From Streptosporangiaceae bacterium (GTDB taxonomy: Bacteria > Actinomycetota > Actinomycetes > Streptosporangiales > Streptosporangiaceae), in assembly GCA_035621915.1 (NCBI GenBank), contig DASPWG010000267.1, positions 415-64,414 on the forward strand: a DNA stretch of 64,000 nt. The letters run 5' to 3'. The notes below the pieces were generated by a model. The model ran no database searches, had not been told where the DNA came from, and worked only from the letters and a program-made list of their open reading frames with translations. The first letter of the stretch is position 1. Each line of letters opens with the position of its first letter. A program made the position numbers and the translations under genes. Of the stretch, positions 55,018-63,151 are shown one piece after another.

Positions 55018-55968
55018 CTACCGGCCGGCCGCGGCCAGCAGCCGGCCGAGATAGCCGGCCACGGCCTCCAGCGCGGACCGCGGTGCTACCGCCTCGATCT
55101 CGGCGTTGTAGTTCGTCGTGGTGTTGATGTCGTAGGTGACGAGCCGCCCGTCCGCGGTCTCGATGAACTCAAAGCCGGCGATCCCGATCCCGTGCTCGGC
55201 AGCGAAGTCGAGGTACCGGCCCACGACCGGGTGCCGGAAACCCTCCCGGAGCGCGAACAGGCTGGGCTCCGGCGCTGACCCGCCGTCCCCAGCGCCCGCG
55301 GCGCCCGCGGCCGGGACAACCGCGCACGCGTCGGCCGGGCAGAGCTGGAACCCGCCGCGCGCGGTGTCCGCGGTGATGGCGTAGATGAACTCGCCGCCCA
55401 CGATCTCCGCCCGCGTGATCAGCGGCTGCGCGGCCACCAGGTACTCCTGCAGCAGGGTGATGCCGTCGGCCGGCGGCTCGTAGTCGGGCCCGGCCAGGTA
55501 GACCTCGAACTCCGCGTGGCTGTCGAACTTGCGCACGCCAAGGCCCTTGCCGCCCTGGTTGTGCTTGCCGATAAAGGGAACGGGCAGCTTGCGCGCCGCC
55601 GCGGCCAGCTCGCCGGTGCCGGCCACGGCAAGCGTCCTGGGAACGTCGAAGCCGGCTGCCTTCAGCGCCGCGAGCTGCTCGACCTTGCTCATCTCCAGGT
55701 CAAGCACGCGGCGGCCGTTCACCACCTGGCGGCCGCTGGCCTCCAGCCAGGCCAGCACGCCGCGGGTCTGGTCCTTGGCAAAGGGATGGCCCCTGGTGTG
55801 CGCGGACGCGCTCATCCGCGACCAGTACACCCCCGGCGGCGGCTCCTCGCTGAGGTCGATGACGGCCTCGCCCAGCAGCCACTGCTCATGCGGCAGCCCG
55901 GCCCGGTCGAACGCCGCCGCGAGCGGCGCGTACCACTCCGGGTTCTCGTGCAGCACGTACAGCTTCAT
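55018..55968 (-). CDS. ATP-grasp domain protein (RimK/glutathione-synthetase-like ligase)
   Basis: 316 aa. SKVEQLAALKAAGFDVPRT...PFIGKHNQGGKGLGVRKF...LLQEY...GFEFIE...YDINTTTNYN fits the ATP-grasp fold pattern. Substrate unknown. Confidence 0.7.
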   Translation of the reverse strand: MKLYVLHENPEWYAPLAAAFDRAGLPHEQWLLGEAVIDLSEEPPPGVYWSRMSASAHTRGHPFAKDQTRGVLAWLEASGRQVVNGRRVLDLEMSKVEQLAALKAAGFDVPRTLAVAGTGELAAAARKLPVPFIGKHNQGGKGLGVRKFDSHAEFEVYLAGPDYEPPADGITLLQEYLVAAQPLITRAEIVGGEFIYAITADTARGGFQLCPADACAVVPAAGAAGAGDGGSAPEPSLFALREGFRHPVVGRYLDFAAEHGIGIAGFEFIETADGRLVTYDINTTTNYNAEIEAVAPRSALEAVAGYLGRLLAAAGR

Positions 55969-56067
55969 GGACCTGCCGGTCCCGGCCGGGGGGCGCTGTT
56001 CATACGTCCTATTCTGGACTATCTGCCCGCCCGGACCGATCGCCCCTGGTGCCGCCCGTTTCCGATA

Positions 56068-56568
56068 TCAGAGCCTGAGCTTCATGCCCTCGTGCGAGGC
56101 GACGAAGCCGAGGCGCCGATAGAACCGGTGCGCGTCGGTGCGTGACTTGTCCGAGGTGAGCTGCACCAGCGCGCATCCCCGCCGCCGTGCCTCCTGGATA
56201 GCCCAGTCCATCATGCCCGCGCCGAGGCCGCTGCCCCTGGTGCCGGCGGCGACGCGGACGGCCTCGATCTGCGCCCGCAGTGCCCCGCGCCTGGCCAGGC
56301 CTGGCAGGAACGACAGCTGCATGGTGCCGGCCACCGCACCGGCGGACTCGGCCACCAGCAGCAGGTGCGCTGGATCGGCGTCGATGGCGCGGAAGGCCCG
56401 CTGGTAGCAGGCCAGGTCCGACTCGTCCCGCAGCCCGTCCCTGGTAGCGCCGAGCTGGTCGGCGGCCAGCAGCGCGACGATCGCTGGCACGTCCTCGGTC
56501 CGCGCCTGCCTGAGCACGACGCGGGGCGGGCCGGCGTCCAGCACGGCCAGGCAGTCCGCGGCTGCCAT
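56068..56568 (-). CDS. GNAT family N-acetyltransferase
   Basis: QIEAVRVAAGTRGSGLGAGMMDWAIQEARRRGCALVQLTSDKSRTDAHRFYRRLGF is the GNAT motif A/B region. Confidence 0.85.
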   Translation of the reverse strand: MAAADCLAVLDAGPPRVVLRQARTEDVPAIVALLAADQLGATRDGLRDESDLACYQRAFRAIDADPAHLLLVAESAGAVAGTMQLSFLPGLARRGALRAQIEAVRVAAGTRGSGLGAGMMDWAIQEARRRGCALVQLTSDKSRTDAHRFYRRLGFVASHEGMKLRL

Positions 56569-56570
56569 GG

Positions 56571-57680
56571 CTAGCGCTGCGGGTAAGCGCCGGCGGCCGC
56601 GAGGAACGCGTCGTTGGCCTCGGGGTCGGCTATCGTCACGCGGACCCCGTCCGGCTGGAACGGCCGCACGCTCACGCCAGCCCGGTCGCAGAAGTCGGCG
56701 AAGTCCTCCGAGCGCTCGCGCAGCGGCAGCCAGACGAAGTTGGCCTCGGCAGGCGGCACCGGCCAGCCCTGGCCAAGCAGCTCGTGCCGGACCCGGTCAC
56801 GCTCCTTGACCACCTGCTCAACGCGTTCCATCAGCTCGGCCTCGGCTGCCAGCGAAGCAATGGCCGCTGCCTGGGCGAGCGAGTTGACGGCGAACGTGAG
56901 CATGGTCTTGCGGGCGGCCTGCGCCACCGGCTCGTGCCCGATCAGGTAGCCGATGCGCAGCCCGGCTAGACCGTAGGCCTTGGAGAACGTCCGCAGCACC
57001 GCGACGTTGGGCCGGTCGCGGTACAGCGCGATGCCGTCAGGCACGTCCGGGTCGCGGATGTACTGGACGTACGCCTCGTCCAGCACCGCCAGGCAGTCGG
57101 CGGGCACCCGGTCCAGGAACTCCTCGAGTTCAGCGCGGTGCACCACCGTGCCGGTGGGATTGTTCGGGTTGCAGATGAAGACCAGCCTGGTCCGGTCGGT
57201 GATCGCCGCGGCCATGGCCGGCAGGTCGTGCGCATACTCGGCCAGCGGCACCGTGACCGCGGTGGCGTTCGCCAGCTCGGTCAGGTACGGGTAGGCCTCG
57301 AACGAGCGCCGGGCGAACAGGATCTCGGCACCGGGCTCGCCCACGGCCTCGAGCAGCTGCTGCGCGACGCCTACCGACCCGCAGCCCACGGCCACGTGCT
57401 CGGCCGGGACGTCGAACCGCTCGGCGATGGCGGCCGTGAGCGCGACGGCGCCGTTGTCCGGGTAACGGTTGATATGCGTGGCAGCGTCGGCGAGCACGGA
57501 CCTTACCGACGGCAGCGGGTCGTACGGGGACTCGTTAGACGAGAGCTTGTAGGACTTCGCGGCCGCGCCGGACGGCGGCTTGCCCGGTTTGTACCCGGCG
57601 AACTGGTCGAGTACCTGCCGGAAACGCGGTGACTGCTCGGACACCGTTGTCCTCCCTGTGCTGTCCGGTGCGGTGATCAC
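56571..57680 (-). CDS. class I/II PLP aminotransferase, histidinol-phosphate/aromatic aminotransferase-like (Pat/HisC2 type)
   Basis: [36 protein letters not shown] (PLP lysine). Confidence 0.85.
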   Translation of the reverse strand: MITAPDSTGRTTVSEQSPRFRQVLDQFAGYKPGKPPSGAAAKSYKLSSNESPYDPLPSVRSVLADAATHINRYPDNGAVALTAAIAERFDVPAEHVAVGCGSVGVAQQLLEAVGEPGAEILFARRSFEAYPYLTELANATAVTVPLAEYAHDLPAMAAAITDRTRLVFICNPNNPTGTVVHRAELEEFLDRVPADCLAVLDEAYVQYIRDPDVPDGIALYRDRPNVAVLRTFSKAYGLAGLRIGYLIGHEPVAQAARKTMLTFAVNSLAQAAAIASLAAEAELMERVEQVVKERDRVRHELLGQGWPVPPAEANFVWLPLRERSEDFADFCDRAGVSVRPFQPDGVRVTIADPEANDAFLAAAGAYPQR

Positions 57681-57683
57681 AGG

Positions 57684-58406
57684 CTACGCCGGGCTGGCAC
57701 CGGGCAGCTCAGCCAAGGCGGCGGGATGACCGCGGCTGCCGGGCCGCAGCATCGGCGGGTACAGCAGGACTGCGCTGCCCCGGCGGTAGACCTGGGCTGG
57801 GCGGCCGCCTCCTGAGGGCGTCGTCGCTCCCGTTTCCTCCAGGAAGCCCTCGGCGCTGGTGACCTTGCGATGGAAGTTACGCGGGTCAAGGGGCGTGCCC
57901 CAGACGATCTCATAGACGCGGCGCAGGTCGGCGACGGTGAACTCATCCCGGCAGAACGCAGCCGCCAGCGCGGTGTACTCCAGCTTGGACCGGGCCCGCT
58001 CCACCCCGTCAGTGAGGATCCGCTCGTGGTCGAAGGCCATCTGGGACAGGCCGGCGACCGGCTGCCAGCTCATCTGCGGCTGATCGGGGGCTGGCAGGTC
58101 AGGGGCCAGTCCGAGATAGGCAACCGACACCGCCCGCCTGGTCGGGTCGCGGTCGGGGTAGCCGTAGGTGCGCAGCTGCTCCAGGTGCACCATCGCTGCG
58201 GGCAGGCCCGCCCGCTCGGCAAGCACCCGGCCGGCTGCGGCCTGCAGGTCCTCGTCCAGCCGGATGAACCCACCAGGCAGCGCGACCATCCCGGCGTATG
58301 GATTGCCATCGCGCCGCCAGACGAGCGTGGTCAGCTGACCGCCGCGGACGGTCAGGATTACCAGGTCGACGCTCACGCCTATCCGGGGGACGCTCACACC
58401 CGGCAC
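57684..58406 (-). CDS. NrtR-like regulator (degenerate Nudix domain plus C-terminal winged helix)
   Basis: The Nudix box (GGFIRLDEDLQAAAGRVLAERAGL) has REUxEE degraded to RVLAER. The C-terminus has FTVADLRRVYEIVWG...DPRNFHRKV, typical of the NrtR wHTH. The start is uncertain (GTG at 58406 or 58397; the longest ORF starts at 58475). Confidence 0.72.
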   Translation of the reverse strand: MPGVSVPRIGVSVDLVILTVRGGQLTTLVWRRDGNPYAGMVALPGGFIRLDEDLQAAAGRVLAERAGLPAAMVHLEQLRTYGYPDRDPTRRAVSVAYLGLAPDLPAPDQPQMSWQPVAGLSQMAFDHERILTDGVERARSKLEYTALAAAFCRDEFTVADLRRVYEIVWGTPLDPRNFHRKVTSAEGFLEETGATTPSGGGRPAQVYRRGSAVLLYPPMLRPGSRGHPAALAELPGASPA

Positions 58407-58430
58407 GGTAGCGCCCGGCCAGTGCCGCGC

Positions 58431-58473
58431 GGATGCGGATCCGGTGTCGTTGCCGCGACACCCCACCGCATCC
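58431..58473. promoter_or_regulatory. 43-bp imperfect palindrome in the divergent NrtR-like/dcm control region
   Basis: GGATGCGG-ATCC-GGTGTCG-ttgccg-CGACACC-cca-CCGCATCC. The arms are 8 bp and 7 bp. It lies between my preferred starts of the two divergent genes. Confidence 0.5.
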
Positions 58474-58510
58474 ACGACCCCGCGGGGCGCGGTGCAATAG
58501 CTTTGGCCGC

Positions 58511-59485
58511 GTGGACGGGCTTCGTTCGGTCGAGATCTGCGCCGGCGCCGGCGGTCAGGCGCTCGGCCTGGAGCAGGCGGGATTCGGGCACGAGGCGGTC
58601 GTCGAGATCGATGCCGACGCCTGCGAGACGCTCCGGCTCAATCGCGGTTCCGCCTGGAAGGTTGTCGAGGGCGACGTGGCCGGCCTGGACGGCCGCGCGT
58701 TCCGCGGAATCGACCTGCTCGCCGGAGGAGTGCCGTGCCCGCCGTTCTCCATCGCCGGCCGCCAGCTCGGCGCGGACGATGAGCGCGACCTGTTCCCGCA
58801 GGCGCTGCGGCTGGTCGAGGAGGCAGGCCCGGGCGCGGTCCTGCTGGAGAACGTGCGCGGCCTGGCTACCCCGAGGTTTGCCGGCTACCGCGGCCAGGTG
58901 CTGGCGCGGCTGCGCGAGCTGGGCTACCGGGCGTGGTGGGACCTGGTGCACGCAAGCGAGCACGGCGTCCCCCAGCTGCGGCCGCGCTTCGTGCTGATCG
59001 CTCTCCGGGAGCCCTGGGCCGGTCAGTTCTGCTGGCCGCCGCCCGATCCCCGGCCGGCCCCGGCGGTCGGCCAGGTCCTCGCCGACCTGATGGCGGCGGG
59101 CGGCTGGCCCGGCGCCGCCAGCTGGTCGGGCCAGGCCGCGGCCATAGCCCCGACGATTGTCGGCGGCAGCAAGAAGCACGGCGGCCCGGATCTCGGGCCG
59201 ACCAGGGCCAGGGCGGCCTGGCGCGGCCTGCGGGTAGACGGCCTCGGCATCGCCGACCGCGTGCCGGGGCCGGATTTCCCCCGCGACGGGTTTCCCAAGC
59301 TCACCGTCCGGATGGTGGCTCGGCTGCAGGGCTTCCCCGATGACTGGGAGTTCGCCGGCCGCAAGACCGCCGCCTACCGGCAGGTCGGGAATGCATTCCC
59401 GCCGCCGGTGGCGCGTGCTCTCGGCGGCGCGATCGCCGCCGCGCTTGGCCGGCCGGCGGCCGGATCGCAGGCCCGGCAGCCGTAG
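58511..59485 (+). CDS. dcm: DNA (cytosine-5)-methyltransferase
   Basis: Motif I EICAGAGGQALG, motif IV GGVPCPPFSIAG, motif VI LLENVRGL, motif VIII QLRPRFVLIA, motif X GNAFPPPVA. Start set at the GTG at 58511, just before motif I. Confidence 0.88.
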   Translation: MDGLRSVEICAGAGGQALGLEQAGFGHEAVVEIDADACETLRLNRGSAWKVVEGDVAGLDGRAFRGIDLLAGGVPCPPFSIAGRQLGADDERDLFPQALRLVEEAGPGAVLLENVRGLATPRFAGYRGQVLARLRELGYRAWWDLVHASEHGVPQLRPRFVLIALREPWAGQFCWPPPDPRPAPAVGQVLADLMAAGGWPGAASWSGQAAAIAPTIVGGSKKHGGPDLGPTRARAAWRGLRVDGLGIADRVPGPDFPRDGFPKLTVRMVARLQGFPDDWEFAGRKTAAYRQVGNAFPPPVARALGGAIAAALGRPAAGSQARQP

Positions 59486-59565
59486 GCCGGCGCCAGGCGA
59501 CATGGGCCCGGCTGCGGCCGGCGGCCCTCGGCGGCGGGCGCTGCAGCCCACGTTAGAATTGCTGC

Positions 59566-59931
59566 GTGAACCGACTTGGCGAGCTTGAGCGTGCCATCAT
59601 GGACGTGCTCTGGGAGGCCGCGACCCCGCTGAGCGTACGGGAGGTCAGCGGCCTCCTTACCGATCGGGATCTAGCTCACACGACGGTAATGACCGTGCTC
59701 GACCGACTCGCCAAGAAGGGCTTCGCCCGGCGCGAGCGCAACGGCAGGGCCTGGCATTACCGCGCAGCGGAGAGCAGGGAAGCGTACGTGACCGAGCTCA
59801 TGCTGAGCGCGCTCGACCAGACCGGCGACCGGCAGGCGGCGCTGGCCAGGTTCGCCCGCAGCGTCAGCGGCACTGAGGCCGAGGCACTGCTGCGCGCCCT
59901 TGGCGCTCTCGGCGAGGCCGCCAGAGGTTAA
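59566..59931 (+). CDS. BlaI/MecI/CopY-family transcriptional repressor
   Basis: LGELERAIMDVLWEAATPLSVREV...HTTVMTVLDRLAKKGFARRERNGRAWHYRA is the penicillinase-repressor wHTH. Confidence 0.88.
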   Translation: MNRLGELERAIMDVLWEAATPLSVREVSGLLTDRDLAHTTVMTVLDRLAKKGFARRERNGRAWHYRAAESREAYVTELMLSALDQTGDRQAALARFARSVSGTEAEALLRALGALGEAARG

Positions 59932-59934
59932 GCC

Positions 59935-60885
59935 GTGTCCGCCGCTGTTGTCATCCTCGCCGCGGTTGCCACTGGTTGCATTCCCGCCGCCAGAGCTCTG
60001 GCGCATGCCCGCTGGCCCTATCGCTCGCCGGCCGCGGGCATCCTGCTGTGGCAGGGCCTCGGCCTCGGCTGGGGCCTGGCGGCCGTGGGGGCGCTGCTCG
60101 GGATCGGCGCGGCAGGTTACCGCTCAGGGGTGGCCGGCGGGGCCTTCGCCCGGCTGGCCAGCGTCGGCACGCACTGGACCGGGCCAGGCCAGGCCGCCCT
60201 GAGCCTGGTCGGAGTGGCTCAGCTCGGCTGCCTGGCGGCCGGGCTGGCACTGCTCGCGGTGCTGTGCTGGATCCTGCTGGCCGCTGCGGCGGCGGTGGTG
60301 CGGGCCAGGAAGCGCCAGCGAGTCCTGCTGAGCCTGCTGGCGCACGGCGACCCGAAGGTGCCAGGGGCGCTGGTCGTCGACCACCCGGCGGCAGCGGCCT
60401 ACTGCCTGCCCGGCCTGCGGTCGGCCATCGTGCTCAGCGCAGGGGTGCTTAACCTGCTGGACGACCACGAGCTGGCCGCGGTGCTGGCGCACGAGCGCGC
60501 GCACCTGCGCGAGCGACACGATCTCGTGCTGCTGCCGTTCAGCGCGCTGCTTCGGGCGTTCCGCTGGGCCAGCGTGGCCCGCCAGGCGCAGCGGGCCGTC
60601 GCCCTCCTGGTCGAGATGCAGGCCGACGACCGCGCGCTGCGGCACCGGCCTGCCAGGGAGCTGGCCACCGCACTGCTGCGCGTCGGTGCGGCCGGCGGCG
60701 GCGCGGTCCCCTCGGGCGCACTGGCCGCGACCGAGCCCGGACTGGCCTGCGACGTCACCACCAGGGTCATCAGGATCCTGCGGCCCGCGCCTGGCCTGTG
60801 CCCGGCCGCGCGCGTGCTCACCAGCCTGACGGCCGCGACGGCAGTCGGCGTGCCGATCATCCTGCTGGCACTCCCGGTGCGGTAA
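59935..60885 (+). CDS. M56-family (BlaR1-like) membrane metallopeptidase without a sensor domain
   Basis: Begins 3 nt after the blaI-like stop. TM helices, then AVLAHERAHLRERHD (HExxH). Confidence 0.82.
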   Translation: MSAAVVILAAVATGCIPAARALAHARWPYRSPAAGILLWQGLGLGWGLAAVGALLGIGAAGYRSGVAGGAFARLASVGTHWTGPGQAALSLVGVAQLGCLAAGLALLAVLCWILLAAAAAVVRARKRQRVLLSLLAHGDPKVPGALVVDHPAAAAYCLPGLRSAIVLSAGVLNLLDDHELAAVLAHERAHLRERHDLVLLPFSALLRAFRWASVARQAQRAVALLVEMQADDRALRHRPARELATALLRVGAAGGGAVPSGALAATEPGLACDVTTRVIRILRPAPGLCPAARVLTSLTAATAVGVPIILLALPVR

Positions 60886-61019
60886 CCGACTGTTCCCTGA
60901 CGGTAGAGCTGATCAAAGCGGCGGCGGCGCTCAGCGGGAGCGGCGTCTGCGGGTGACGGCACGGTTGCTCCTCTCGACACCGGATACATGTCCGGCGCGC
61001 CCGGAGCATTTCGCGATCC

Positions 61020-61751
61020 CTAGTCGACGATCCGGATCCGGAGCCGGCGGAACCCGCGGCCCTTGTTCTCGATCTTGACGACCTCGATCTTGCCGATCTG
61101 GCTGGTACTGGCCACGTGCGTGCCGCCGTCGGCCTGCTGGTCCAGGCCCACGATGTCGATGATCCGGACCTCTGCCACGCTCTGCGGAACGAGGTTCGTG
61201 GCGGTCCTGATGATGTCTGGCAGCGCGAACGCCTCGGCCCGCGGCAGGACCCGGACATCGATCCTGCGGTCGGCGCTGACCTCCGCATTGCAGGCGCCCT
61301 CCACCGCGTCGCGGAATCCCTCAGGGAGTTCCGGCAGGTCGAAATCCATCCGGGCGGTCAGCGGCTCCATGTTGCCACCGGTGACGAGGGCGCCGTAGTC
61401 GCGGAACACCACCCCGCACAGGACGTGCAGGCCGGAGTGGGTGCGCATCAGGGCGGTGCGCCTGGCGTCCTCGACGGCACCGCGGACTGCCGTTCCTGGC
61501 GGCGGCAGCGGGTCGCCCTCAGCCGGGATCAGGTAGAGGTCGTCGCCCTTGCGGGCGCCCACGATGTGAGTCTGCACCCCGCCCCAGAGCAGGACGCCCT
61601 CGTCGGGCGGCTGACCGCCGCCGCCGGGGTAGAAGGCCGAGGCGTCAAGGACGATCCCGTCTGGCTCCGCGGCAAGGACCGTGGCGTCCCACTGGCGCAG
61701 GGTCTGGTCGTCAAGTTCGAGGCGGTGCGTGCGCCACTGCGGCTCGGTCAT
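61020..61751 (-). CDS. alanyl-tRNA editing protein (AlaX-like, tRNA_SAD domain)
   Basis: FYPGGGGQP, RRTALMRTHSGLHVL (HxxxH), QADGGTHV. Start at the M of MTEPQW. The upstream extension of the ORF overlaps the DUF2516 gene region. Confidence 0.82.
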   Translation of the reverse strand: MTEPQWRTHRLELDDQTLRQWDATVLAAEPDGIVLDASAFYPGGGGQPPDEGVLLWGGVQTHIVGARKGDDLYLIPAEGDPLPPPGTAVRGAVEDARRTALMRTHSGLHVLCGVVFRDYGALVTGGNMEPLTARMDFDLPELPEGFRDAVEGACNAEVSADRRIDVRVLPRAEAFALPDIIRTATNLVPQSVAEVRIIDIVGLDQQADGGTHVASTSQIGKIEVVKIENKGRGFRRLRIRIVD

Positions 61752-61794
61752 ACCGCCGAGACTAGCGCCGGCTGGCCCGCCGGCGGGGCCGGGC

Positions 61795-62160
61795 TTACCA
61801 GGGCCCGTACGGCCCCTGCCGCTGCCCGGAGCTGCGGACCTGCTTGATCTTGGGCCGAACGTCGACGAGGTAGATGGCCGCCGCGACGAAGGCAATGATC
61901 GGGAAGAGGCTGAGCAGGGCAAGGTAGCCGACCGCACCGCCGACTCCGATCACGAACGCGACGCCCAGGATGACCAGCCACAGCGGCTTGGTCTGCTTGC
62001 CCGCGGCAGTGAACGCGGAAGCCGGCTGGATGATGGCGTGGATGAACGCCCAGGTCTCGACTACGAACGCGGCGAGCAGCAGAACCCAGAAGAACAGGCT
62101 GATGACCGACGCGGCAGTCGGGTTGATGATCGTGAAGGCAATCGGATGCACAGTGCTCAC
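61795..62160 (-). CDS. DUF2516 family membrane protein
   Basis: 121 aa with three hydrophobic helices. AFIHAIIQPASAFTAAGKQTKPLW resembles DUF2516. Confidence 0.65.
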   Translation of the reverse strand: MSTVHPIAFTIINPTAASVISLFFWVLLLAAFVVETWAFIHAIIQPASAFTAAGKQTKPLWLVILGVAFVIGVGGAVGYLALLSLFPIIAFVAAAIYLVDVRPKIKQVRSSGQRQGPYGPW

Positions 62161-62169
62161 GGTGTCACG

Positions 62170-62856
62170 CTACCTGCTGCCGCTCTGTGGCGGGAACTGA
62201 TGGCCCGGGGCGTCCTGCGCTGGCCCTTCCGCTCCGCCCTGGCCCGGCTGAGTGCCGGCCGGAGACGGGCCGGCCTGGTCCGGGCCGTCCGGGTCCGGGC
62301 CGTCCTCCGGGTAAAGGCTGTCAGCCTCGTCGTCTGGCGGGCTCCAGGACGAGGCGTCACGAAGATCGACGTCGTCGTCTTCCGACTCGTCCGGCCCGGT
62401 CAGCGCCAGCCTGGAGTGCCCGCCGACGCTGCGGTCATCGGGCCAGAGCAGCCCGGCCTCGTCCGGCTCAAGGCCGGACTGGTCGTCAGTGATCCCGGCC
62501 GTTCCCGCCCGAGCCATCACCGTTTCCTTGCGGAACGACTCGTAGATCTCGATCAGCATCTGCTTCTGGCGCTCGGTCAGCTCCTGGTCGGTTAGCACGG
62601 CTTCCCTGACCACCGACCCCGGCGGACGGTCCTCCAGGAATCCGGCCTGCACGTAGAGGGCCTCCGCTGAGATCCGCAGCCCCTTGGCAATCTGCTGCAG
62701 GATGTCGGCGCTTGGCCGCCGCAGCCCGCGCTCGATCTGGCTGAGGTAGGGATTGGAGATTCCGGCCGACTGGGCAAGCTGGCGCAGCGAGATCTTCGCC
62801 TGCTCCCGCTGCTCCCTGATGTAGGCGCCGATGGCGCCGACGTTTACCGGGCTCAT
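62170..62856 (-). CDS. XRE-family HTH transcriptional regulator with an acidic, disordered C-terminal tail
   Basis: IGAYIREQREQAKISLRQLAQSAGISNPYLSQIERGLRRPSADILQQIAKGL. Start at the ATG at 62856, which gives the conserved N-terminus. Confidence 0.85.
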   Translation of the reverse strand: MSPVNVGAIGAYIREQREQAKISLRQLAQSAGISNPYLSQIERGLRRPSADILQQIAKGLRISAEALYVQAGFLEDRPPGSVVREAVLTDQELTERQKQMLIEIYESFRKETVMARAGTAGITDDQSGLEPDEAGLLWPDDRSVGGHSRLALTGPDESEDDDVDLRDASSWSPPDDEADSLYPEDGPDPDGPDQAGPSPAGTQPGQGGAEGPAQDAPGHQFPPQSGSR

Positions 62857-63151
62857 ACGCCCAGCTTCGCACCGAGTGCTTGCAGATGCAAACGTCCAGC
62901 TAGCACCCCGCGACCATCGCCGCCGAGAGCCGCACCGCCCCACTCCCAGAGGCGGACACCGCGACCCCCCGTACTCCAATGAGCGACACCCTAAGAGCAA
63001 CATTGTGTAAGTTCAGGAGGAGAAAACATCGCATAGCGGACACAAAATTGACTGCAACAACACAATGTCACTGTCGTCCCGCCGGACTGCCGTGTGGAAG
63101 GAGAAAGTAGTCCTTTTTATATCCTTTGGTCAGGCGTAGGGTGATGCCCTG

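Noticed and set aside
55965-56003. 12-codon upstream ORF (MNSAPRPGPAGP) whose TGA overlaps the ATP-grasp ATG; considered as a leader or precursor peptide
   Set aside because: It is too short to distinguish from chance. Its SD spacing is weak, and it lacks the Ser/Thr-Asp/Glu content expected of a graspetide-type core. It deserves attention only if conserved in relatives.
59486-59565. Restriction endonuclease or Vsr partner for dcm
   Set aside because: Only 80 bp separate dcm from the blaI-like gene, and the other flank is the NrtR-like gene. No additional credible ORF exists in the dcm region.
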